Part shown: positions 8,593-15,899 of the stretch, piece by piece
Numbering within the stretch: the first letter of the stretch is position 1
Layout of the letters: each line of letters begins with the position of its first letter
Source: an uncultured Chloroflexia bacterium
GTDB lineage: Bacteria > Chloroflexota > Dormibacteria > Aeolococcales > Aeolococcaceae
NCBI GenBank assembly: GCA_963793875.1
Contig: CAWCBS010000007.1
Span: forward strand, 23,489 to 87,488
DNA length: 64,000 nucleotides
Reading direction: 5' to 3'
Made by a program: the position numbers and the translations under genes
Notes under the pieces: model-generated
What the model saw: the letters and a program-made list of their open reading frames with translations, nothing else
What the model was told of the DNA's origin: nothing
Databases searched by the model: none

Positions 8593-8812
8593 TGGCCCAG
8601 GCTGACCACGCCAGAGGGTCACCGGGGTTCCCGGTCGTCAGGCCAATGCTGCCAGCAGAACTACGCGGGGACCGCTCGAGAACTTTCTATCCCATCTACT
8701 TCCTAACGTGGCAGGCGGCCGGTGCTTTGCAGCTTCATTGGCGAGGCAGATGGTGCATCTGAATTCGCGAGGTACTAAGCAACCGCCTAATCAATAGACC
8801 AGCCGCCTTCTA
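8593..8812 (+). repeat. Copy D (220 bp) of the tRNA-Arg-associated repeat, split from its tRNA 3' half by an IS
   Basis: Full-length alignment with copy A. The core is near-identical to C. It ends ...CAGCCGCCTTCTA at the IS30 junction. Confidence 0.9.
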
Positions 8813-8994
8813 ACAGGGGCCGGTTTCAATGTCGACGGTCACGCAATGAGGCCACTCACGGTCAGGTGATGAGGCCACTTGCGGTCACCTAATGGAGCCA
8901 CTCGCGGTCACCGAATGAGGCCACCCTCCTGACCTCATCAGACCGCCCGGTGCCACAGCGACGATGGCCGGACCGAAAGCTCAAGGAGGGAGCG

Positions 8995-10539
8995 ATGGCC
9001 GGCAGGAGATTCGAGGTGGCAGATGTGGCAGCAGTGCTCCAGCACTGGCAGGCCGGACGCAGCCGGCGGCAGCTGGCCCGCAGCTTCGGCATGGGGAGGA
9101 ACCGGGTCGACCGGATCGTGGGGGTGGCCGAGGCGGCGGGGCTGACCCCGGGTGGCCCGCCGCTCAGTCGGCCGGAGTGGGAGCGGCGAGTACCCGAGCT
9201 GTTCGCGGAGCGGGTGGCCCCGGCCGCGGCACCGCCGACCCAGGAGCTGGTGCGGTTCCATGCGGCGATCGTCGAGGGTCTGGCGGCGAGCACGGTGACC
9301 ACGGTGTGGCAGCGGTTGTGCGACGAGCAGGGGCTGACCGTGAGCGTGTCGACCTTCCGCCGCTACGTGCGCCGCCACATCCGGGGAATGAGCCCGGAGG
9401 ACGTGACGGTGCCCAAGGAGGTGACGCCGCCGGGCGAGGTGGCCGAGGTTGATTACGGCCTGCTGGGGCGGTGGGAGGACCGGCTGAACGAGAGGACGCG
9501 CAAGGTGTGGGGCTTCGTGATGGTCCTGCCCTTCAGCCGGATGACCTTCGTGTGGCCGGTGCTGATCTGCGACCAGGGTGCGTGGGTGGCGGCGCACGTC
9601 GCCGCCTTCCGCTTCTTCGGGGCGGCGCCGCGGCAGATCCGGGTCGACAACCTGAAGACGGGGGTGCTCCGACCTGACGTGTACGACCCGCTGGTGAACC
9701 GGTCCTATGCGGAGTTGGCCGAGCACTACGGCGTGCTCCTCGACCCCTGCCGGGTGAGGAAGCCGAAGGACAAGCCACGGGTGGAGCGGGCCATGCCCTA
9801 CGCCCGGGACAGCTTCTGGAGCGGGCGCGAGTTCGCCATGGTGCCGGCGATGCGCGAGGCGGGGGCGGAGTGGAGCCGGGGCACCGCGGCCAAGCGGCCC
9901 CACGGGCTGCTGCCCGGGACCGTCGGCGAGATCTTCCAGGCGGTGGAGCGGCCGGCCATGCTGGGTCTGCCGGCGGAGCCCTTCGAGCTCGCCCACTGGG
10001 CCACGGCCACAGTGCATCCCGACTGTCGGATCCAGGTGCAGCGCCGCTTCTTCTCGGTGCCCTGGCCCCATGTCGGCAAGCGGCTGGAGGTCCGAATCGG
10101 CGAGCGGGTGGCCCGCATCTACGACGGCACCACCCTGGTCAAGACCCACGCCCTGCAGCCGGGTGAGCGCAACTACGTCGACCACGCTGACTATCCAGAG
10201 CAGAAGGTCGCCTTCCTGCAGCGAACGCCGAGCTGGTGCCGGCGCCGCGCTGTCGAGCTCGGCCCGGCGGTACAGGCCCTGGTCGACGACCTCCTGGCCG
10301 GGCCCCATCCGCTGGCCTGTCTGCGCCAGGCCCAGGGCATCCTCCGGCTCGCCGACACCCACGAGCCGGGGCGGCTGAATGCCGCATGCCAGCGCGCCCT
10401 GGTCGCCGACGGCAGCCTGCGCACGGTGCGCAACATCCTCACCCGTGACCAGCAAGTCGACGAGGACGAGCCGGCCGTCAGCACCGCCGGCGCTTTCCTC
10501 CACGGCGAGCAGCAGCTGCTCGAAGGGACACGGTGGTGA
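8995..10539 (+). CDS. istA: IS21 family transposase IstA
   Basis: N-terminal HTH plus a DDE region (...EVDYGLLGRWEDRLNERTRKVWGFVMVLPFSRMTFV...). AAGGAGGG lies 5 nt upstream of ATG 8995. Confidence 0.9.
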   Translation: MAGRRFEVADVAAVLQHWQAGRSRRQLARSFGMGRNRVDRIVGVAEAAGLTPGGPPLSRPEWERRVPELFAERVAPAAAPPTQELVRFHAAIVEGLAASTVTTVWQRLCDEQGLTVSVSTFRRYVRRHIRGMSPEDVTVPKEVTPPGEVAEVDYGLLGRWEDRLNERTRKVWGFVMVLPFSRMTFVWPVLICDQGAWVAAHVAAFRFFGAAPRQIRVDNLKTGVLRPDVYDPLVNRSYAELAEHYGVLLDPCRVRKPKDKPRVERAMPYARDSFWSGREFAMVPAMREAGAEWSRGTAAKRPHGLLPGTVGEIFQAVERPAMLGLPAEPFELAHWATATVHPDCRIQVQRRFFSVPWPHVGKRLEVRIGERVARIYDGTTLVKTHALQPGERNYVDHADYPEQKVAFLQRTPSWCRRRAVELGPAVQALVDDLLAGPHPLACLRQAQGILRLADTHEPGRLNAACQRALVADGSLRTVRNILTRDQQVDEDEPAVSTAGAFLHGEQQLLEGTRW

Positions 10540-11456
10540 GGCCGGCAGAGCTGCAGAGCAAGCTCAAGACCCTCAAGCTCGGCGGCATGCTGCTCACCCT
10601 GGAGATGCGGCGGGCGCAGGCCGAGGACCAGCGGCTTGGCCACGTCGAGTTCCTGGCGTTGCTGCTCGACGACGAGATCGATCGGCGGCAGTCGAAGATG
10701 CTGGCCCAGCGGCTCCACCGAGCCCGCTTCGAAGAGCCGAAGACCCTCGAGGAGTTCGACTTCTCCTTCAACCCCCAGATCCCCGCCGAGCAGCTGCGCA
10801 ACCTAGCCACCTGCGGCTTTGTCGAGCGTCACGAGTCGGTGCTGCTCTGTGGGCCGGTCGGGGTCGGCAAGACCCACGCGGCGCAGGCGTTGGGGCACGC
10901 CGCCTGCCGTGCCGGGTACACCGTGCTCTTCACCAAGACCTCGGCCTTCCTGCGCGACCTGGCCGGAGGCCGGGCCGACGGCAGTTGGGAGCCTCGGCTG
11001 CGCCGCTACCTGCAGAGTGACGTGCTCATCCTCGACGACTTCGGGATGCGCGAGTTCACCCCCTCCCAGGCCGAGGACCTCTATGAGCTGATCTGCCAGC
11101 GCTTCCGGGTCGGCAGCCTGCTGGTCACCAGCAACCGCGCCCCCAAGGACTGGTACCCACTCTTCCCCAACCCCGTCCTCGCCGAGAGCGCCCTCGACCG
11201 CTTGGTCAACAGCGCCCACCACGTGATCCTGCGAGGCCGCAGCTATCGGCCTTTCCGGCGGCCGGACGGAGGCGGTTACCCAGCCGTCAACGACCCCGAT
11301 GACACCCCAGCCGGCCAGCCCGGCCGAGCGCTCCAGGCGCGACCCGCTGAGACGCCCCCGGAGGCCAGCGACGACCTCGACCAGATGTCGGATACCCCCC
11401 TTCCGGAGGCCGCCACCCGACCACACAGGAGGGCCGCCAACCCACTACCATCCTGA
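10533..11456 (+). CDS. istB: IS21 family ATP-binding helper IstB
   Basis: Walker A GPVGVGKTH and Walker B VLILDDFG are present. The gene overlaps the end of istA. Confidence 0.9.
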   Translation: MVRPAELQSKLKTLKLGGMLLTLEMRRAQAEDQRLGHVEFLALLLDDEIDRRQSKMLAQRLHRARFEEPKTLEEFDFSFNPQIPAEQLRNLATCGFVERHESVLLCGPVGVGKTHAAQALGHAACRAGYTVLFTKTSAFLRDLAGGRADGSWEPRLRRYLQSDVLILDDFGMREFTPSQAEDLYELICQRFRVGSLLVTSNRAPKDWYPLFPNPVLAESALDRLVNSAHHVILRGRSYRPFRRPDGGGYPAVNDPDDTPAGQPGRALQARPAETPPEASDDLDQMSDTPLPEAATRPHRRAANPLPS

Positions 11457-11549
11457 CCAGAAGACGGGGCACCGGGTGGCCTCATCGCGTGACCGTGAGT
11501 GGCTCCATCACGTGACCGCGGGTGGCCTCATCGCGTGGCGTTCGACATT

Positions 11550-12548
11550 TCAACCGGTCGTTGCAACAGGGCTCTCCAAGAGCTGGCTGAAGGCCTCGGC
11601 TGGCGTTCGCCACCCGAGTGTACGGCGAGGCCGGCCGTTCAGCCGGGCCGCGATGTCCTGCAGGGTGGCTGGGTCGCTCGGCATCACGGAAGCGCTGGGC
11701 AGGTACTGGCGGAGAAGGCCGTTGGTGTTCTCGTTGGTCCCTCGTTCCCATGGGGATCGGGGATGAGCGAAGTACACGGCGACACCGGTGTCAATGGTGA
11801 ACTGCCGATGCTGAGCCAGCTCAGTCCCCTGATCCCAGGTGAGCGACTGCCGGAGCGAAGTCGGCAGAGTGACGATGGTCTCGGCGATGGCCAGGCGAGT
11901 GGGCTCGGCGGCGCGTCCTCGGGGTAGCGGGACCAACATGGTGAAGCGCGTCGTTCGTTCCACGAGGGTCCCCACCGCGGAGTGCGCCCCCTTGCCAACC
12001 ATGAGATCGCCTTCCCAGTGCCCGGGAACCTTGCGGTCGGCGACCTCGGCGGGGCGCTCGTCGATGCTCACCATGTCGGCGATCCGATGGCGTCCGTAGT
12101 GGCCGCGGCGCTCCAGGCCGCGATGCTCCTTACCCTGCCTCAGGCCGGCCAGGAGCGAGCGCTTCAGCTCACCCTTCGGCAGAAGGTAGAACCAGGTGTA
12201 GATCGTCTCGTGTGACACGTGCATCGCCCCGTCGCTGGGGTTCTCCAGCTTGATCCTCTCAGCCACTTGCTGCGGTGACCAGCCCCTGGCCATGCCGGCG
12301 CACACCTGGGCCCGCAGCGGCGTCCCCTCCGCCAACTTCCGCACCTTAGGACGCCGTCGTCGCCAGCGGGCAAGCTCCGCGGCCCTGACGGCACGGTAGC
12401 CCGACCTCCCTCCGCCAGCTCGAACCTCGCGACTCACCGTCGCCGGGTTCCGGCCCAGCTGGCGAGCCAGCTGACGCATCGAGATGTCGCCGGACATCCC
12501 CAGCGAGATCTCCTCTCGCTCCTGCAGGGTCAACCTCGTTCTGAGCAC
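11550..12548 (-). CDS. IS30 family transposase (332 aa)
   Basis: Family blocks HWEGDL, TWDQGTE, YFAHPRSPWERGTNENTNGLLRQYLP and LNGRPRRTLGWRTPAE. Confidence 0.9.
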   Translation of the reverse strand: MLRTRLTLQEREEISLGMSGDISMRQLARQLGRNPATVSREVRAGGGRSGYRAVRAAELARWRRRRPKVRKLAEGTPLRAQVCAGMARGWSPQQVAERIKLENPSDGAMHVSHETIYTWFYLLPKGELKRSLLAGLRQGKEHRGLERRGHYGRHRIADMVSIDERPAEVADRKVPGHWEGDLMVGKGAHSAVGTLVERTTRFTMLVPLPRGRAAEPTRLAIAETIVTLPTSLRQSLTWDQGTELAQHRQFTIDTGVAVYFAHPRSPWERGTNENTNGLLRQYLPSASVMPSDPATLQDIAARLNGRPRRTLGWRTPAEAFSQLLESPVATTG

Positions 12549-12622
12549 GTGGCACCTCTGATGGCGGCTGTTCGCCAGATCAGATCACCCCGTTGCGTTC
12601 ACCAGTTGAAACCGGCCCCTGT

Positions 12623-12661
12623 TAAGCGCGCAGCCCGCAGGTTCGCGTCCAGCAGGGGGTA
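12623..12661 (+). tRNA. partial, degenerate tRNA-Arg(UCU) 3' half (completes copy D)
   Basis: TAAGCGCGCAGCCCGCAGGTTCGCGTCCAGCAGGGGGTA aligns with 5545-5583. It has an A:A mismatch in the T-stem (GCAGG/CCAGC). Confidence 0.7.
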
Positions 12662-12891
12662 CTGGCCGGTCTCAATTCCGGCACGGCGGCGAGTTACGTC
12701 CCGCATCGCGGTGGGAATTGAGGCCCTCTCCGCGTGCTGACCGGGTACACAGAGAAGGCCACCGTGAGGTTCTCTTCGGACTGCTCAACCTTCAAGGAGA
12801 TTCACGAATGGCCCACCCCCACAGGCTACGCGACGTCCTCACGGAGGACAATGGATGCAGCTTCCGTCGGAGCCCCTCAAGGAGGCCTGAA

Positions 12892-13488
12892 GTGGGTCGA
12901 ATCGTTGTTATGAACCATGTGACCTTGGATGGAGTTATGCAGGGACCGGGACGCCCTGATGAAGACACCCGAGGCGGGTTCACGCAGGGCGGTTGGGGTA
13001 GCCGGTCCACATCGGCTGGCGACGCTGCGGGCAAGGCGATGGGCGAGAGGATGGCGGCCGGGGGCGGCCTGGCAGGGTGGCTGTTCGGGCGGCGCACCTA
13101 TGAGGGGCTGCTGGCGACCTGGAACGCTCGCGGTGGTCCGTTCAAGGAATCGCTGATCAACTCGCCCAAGTACGTCGCATCGACCACTCTCGAGGAACCG
13201 CTGCCGTGGCCCAACTCGACGCTGCTGGGCGGCGATGTTGCTGAGGCCGTGGGCGCGCTCAAGGCGCGATCTGATGGCGTCCTGGCAATCATGGGCAGCG
13301 GCGAGTTGATCGGCTCGCTGATGTCTGCCGACCTGATCGACGAGTACCTGCTGATGATCCACCCGCTGGTGCTAGGTGGCGGACGGCGACTGTTCCCGGC
13401 TAATGTGCGTGCAGCGCTTCGGCTGACCGACAGTGTCACCACGGTCAGCGGCGTAGTCATCGCCACCTACGAGCCGGCACGAGGTTGA
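12892..13488 (+). CDS. dihydrofolate reductase family protein (RibD C-terminal domain type)
   Basis: ...RIVVMNHVTLDGVMQGPG...GGWLFGRRTYEGL...VASTTL... matches the family pattern. I chose the GTG start at 12892 because AAGGAGG (12878-12884) lies 7 nt upstream. Confidence 0.75.
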   Translation: MGRIVVMNHVTLDGVMQGPGRPDEDTRGGFTQGGWGSRSTSAGDAAGKAMGERMAAGGGLAGWLFGRRTYEGLLATWNARGGPFKESLINSPKYVASTTLEEPLPWPNSTLLGGDVAEAVGALKARSDGVLAIMGSGELIGSLMSADLIDEYLLMIHPLVLGGGRRLFPANVRAALRLTDSVTTVSGVVIATYEPARG

Positions 13489-13528
13489 TACAGGCAGTAA
13501 GCGCTCCAACTCAGGTGAAATCCAGGAC

Positions 13529-13571
13529 AGCGGGAGACGGGGCTCGAACCCGCGACATCCAAGCTTGGAAG
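13529..13571 (-). tRNA. partial tRNA-Gly(UCC): anticodon loop to 3' end only
   Basis: The minus strand reads CTTCCAA-GCTTG-GATGTC-GCGGG-TTCGAGC-CCCGT-CTCCCGC-T. The T-arm and Gly-type acceptor with U discriminator are present. The upstream sequence cannot form the anticodon 5' stem, D-arm or GCGGGAG strand. Confidence 0.7.
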
Positions 13572-13744
13572 TCAGTAGCTGCCCTTCGCGTCGCACCGAC
13601 GGCCTCGGCTGAATCCGGGCCGAGCGCTCGCCTGTCGCACCGGCGCCGTTAGCAGGGTGCGGAAGAACCCCCTGAGGGGCTTGCCAGGTTAAACAGGGAT
13701 GTGAGAGTCTTGCGGGGACGCGCCGTCCCAGCAGGAGATCTCGA

Positions 13745-13894
13745 ATGCGTGGCAGCCCCGATCTGCAGATGACGATGCTGACCACGGTGAGCACGGAGGC
13801 GATGGTCCCGGCGGATCACCCCCTGCGCCGGATCCGGACCATCGTGGACGCGGTCCTGGCGGAGATGGATGGCGACTTCGAGGCCATGTACTCT
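13745..13894 (+). pseudogene. IS5/IS1182-type transposase, N-terminal about 50 codons only
   Basis: MLTTVSTEAMVPADHPLRRIRTIVDAVLAEMDGDFEAMYS matches the InsH-type N-terminal domain. Similarity ends after ...MYS, where GRPS would be expected. Confidence 0.6.
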
Positions 13895-13899
13895 CGAGC

Positions 13900-14049
13900 A
13901 TCACCCCCAGCACCAACCTCCCCGGCAATTCGGACACCCAACTCCAGGCCGTGACCTGCGTGAGCGCCGGCGGCTGCTGGGCGGTCGGCTACCCCGGGGC
14001 CTCTGCCGGCCAGGTGGTGCTCGAGCTGACGGATCCGCCCGACGGCTGA
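13900..14049 (+). pseudogene. C-terminal fragment (49 codons) of a Cys-pair repeat protein
   Basis: The frame reads ...NSDTQLQAVTCVSAGGCWAVGYPGASAGQVVLELTDPPDG*. This is one repeat of the family seen at 14618-15811 and 46485-47939. It abuts the transposase remnant. Confidence 0.6.
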
Positions 14050-14090
14050 GCCGCCATCGCCGTACCTGCTTCCCAGACGCGCGACGTCCT

Positions 14091-14119
14091 GACCGCCCGG
14101 TCTCTCCCCCCGGGCGGTC
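14091..14119 (+). terminator. GC-rich hairpin downstream of the gene fragment (possible terminator, no U-tract)
   Basis: GACCGCCCGG (14091-14100) pairs perfectly with CCGGGCGGTC (14110-14119) across a 9-nt loop. It is followed by CCCCTCCTCTC rather than a T-run. Confidence 0.3.
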
Positions 14120-14617
14120 CCCCTCCTCTCACCTCGCTGCTGAGCCGATCGCCGCCGGAACCTCGCTGGGCAGCGTCTCCTGGGTCGTGAAGGTCAGCTC
14201 GACCGCGCCCGGCCTCCTCCAGACGGCCATCGTGGTGACGGACGCCCGACGACCAGTCGGCCGTCCAGAGTGCCTCGGCCGCTCTGACCTCGGTCCCAGC
14301 TCCTCACCGCCGATCCCTGCCACCGGGTCGCGCGTCGGCGGTAGCCTGCCGTGGGCGGCCGCGTTGGCGCTGATCGCGGCCGGCCTGACGACGCTCGCCG
14401 GGCGGCGCCGGGTCCTGATGGTGCTCCGACGCTCGCGCTGAGAGGTTGCGGCTGGAGACTGCTGTAGCTCGACAGGGGTGCTCCGGCTCGACGCGAACCC
14501 GGCCCACCGGCCCGCGCAGTGGCTCAGGAGCGGTGGCCCGGGTGCCGTCTCTTGGAGGCGAAGCGTGCCCTCCCGGCTACGGGGACAGCGAGCGGGACTT
14601 CCACATTCAGCAAGCGC

Positions 14618-15811
14618 TCACGAGTACCTCTCCACCAGGGTGTCCTGCACGCTGCCGTTGTAGTCATTGCCCACCGCCAGGCAGAACTGAGAGCTGCCAC
14701 TGACCGTGCAGCTGACCCCGGGGAGCAGATCGTACGGGCTCGTCGGGTCCACGGTGGTGACGATGCTCCACGTCGCGCCGTTCCACGCCTCGTTCAGGGT
14801 GCTGACGGTGTCCGGCGTCGTGTTCGAGCTGTATCCCGAGGCCATGCAGAAGGCGGACCCCGTGCACGAGACCGACGTCAGCCACGTGCTCTGGCCGCTG
14901 ATGTTGGGGGTGCTGAGCACGCTCCAGCTGCTCCCGTTCCACTCCTCGGCGAGGCTGTTCTCGTTGGGCCCACCGGAATACGAGGTGCCCACCGCCATGC
15001 AGAAGGTGGTGCTGCGGCAGCGCACCGCTGCGGGGTTGAGGTCGCTGGTGGTGTCGTCGACGATGCTCCAGGACGAGCCGTTCCACCGGACGATGAACTG
15101 GTCAAGGCCCGTGTAACCGACCGCCATGCAGAAGCTGGCGCTGGTGCAGCTCACGCCGGAGAGCTGCATGTCGTCGGTGCTGCTGGGCGCCGGCACCGTC
15201 TCCTGGCTCCAGGAGCTGCCGTTCCACTTCAGGCTGAAGGGATAGGTCGGCTCAATCGTGTAGGACCCGACCGCGATGCAGAACGTGGTCGCCTTGCAGC
15301 TGACGCCGTAGAGGTCGACCGTGGCGCCCGGTCCGAAGATGTGGGGCACGGGCATGGAGACCAGCGCGGTGCCGTTCCACTTGTCGAGGATCATGTGATC
15401 GGCGCCGCCCTTGTAGTAGCGACCCACGGCGACGCAGAAGGTGGTGGAGACGCAGCTGACGGCGTTGAGCTCGGCTTCCGTGTACCCGGCGCTGGGTGCC
15501 GCGGTGACGACGGACATCGTGGTGCCGTTCCATCGCTCGCCGAAGGTCCGGTCGTTACCGGAGGTTTCTTAGATGCCGACCCCGAGACAGAAGCTGGCAC
15601 TGGTGCAGCTCACCCCCGAGAGGCCGGAGAAGGTGGAGGGGCTGGGGGAGCTCACCACGCTCCAGTTGGGATCCGCGGCCATGGCTCCCGGCCCGCTGAG
15701 GAGGACTGCGGCCAGCACGGCCACGGCGATGCTTGCGGTTCGGAGGCCACGCAGGCCGAGCAGCCTCGCCGCCCGCCTGTCTGTGGAGGCAACGGTCGGT
15801 CGGTCTTCCAT
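14618..15811 (-). pseudogene. secreted seven-repeat Cys-pair (beta-propeller-like) protein interrupted by an in-frame TAA
   Basis: ORFs 15569-15811 (signal peptide plus repeat 1) and 14618-15517 are in the same frame. Read-through gives ...SFCLGVGI*ETSGNDRTFGERWNGTTMSVV..., with the stop at 15566-15568. There are seven repeats of L-x-G-V-S-C-x4-6-C-x-A-V-G ... W-N-G-x-x-W. Confidence 0.75.
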
Positions 15812-15899
15812 GGACGCTCTCCCTGGCGGGGGAGGCTCGAAGCCCCCCTGACGAACTGGACCCGCTTCCTCGGTCCCACCCTCTCGTCGCCGAGCTCTC

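Larger units (their letters stand above)
8830..11547 (+). mobile_element. IS21-family element (2718 bp), termini 5'-TG...CA-3', 6-bp target duplication TTTCAA
   Basis: It starts TGTCGACGG and ends GTTCGACA. TTTCAA is present at 8824-8829 and 11548-11553. Subterminal 23-nt-spaced repeats (AATGAGGCCACTCACGGTCA-like, four on the left and inverted copies on the right) fit the multiple terminal repeats described for IS21. The element carries istA and istB. Confidence 0.9.
8813..12622 (-). mobile_element. IS30-family element (about 1086 bp of its own sequence) carrying a nested IS21; 2-bp target duplication TA
   Basis: Ends are ACAGGGGCCGGTTTCAA (8813-8829) and TTGAAACCGGCCCCTGT (12606-12622). After removing the IS21, the IRs match 18/18 and then partially. 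TA flanks the element at 8811-8812 and 12623-12624. Confidence 0.85.

Noticed and set aside
4281-8812. An open minus-strand frame through all four repeat copies, giving a conserved peptide-like string EF(R/I)(C/Y)(T/I)ICL(A/V)NE(A/G)AK(H/Q)RPPATLGS(G/R)WDRKVSG.
   Set aside because: There is no conserved start codon. Differences between copies are mostly non-synonymous and often hit two bases of a codon (ATT/AGA, GTG/GCC, GGT/AGA), so there is no sign of purifying selection on a protein.
8845-8932. Four direct repeats spaced 23 nt apart that superficially resemble a mini CRISPR or tandem array.
   Set aside because: They sit just inside the IS21 left end and are mirrored as inverted copies at the right end (11473-11540). 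This fits the multiple terminal repeats described for IS21-family ends. No CRISPR array is present in the window.
14340-14441. A sorting-signal-like C-terminus (GGSLPWAAALALIAAGLTTLAGRRR) at the end of ORF 13869-14441.
   Set aside because: The rest of that ORF is Arg/Pro/Ser-rich junk with no upstream domain or signal peptide. At most it is a remnant of a decayed surface-protein gene, and there is not enough evidence to annotate it.
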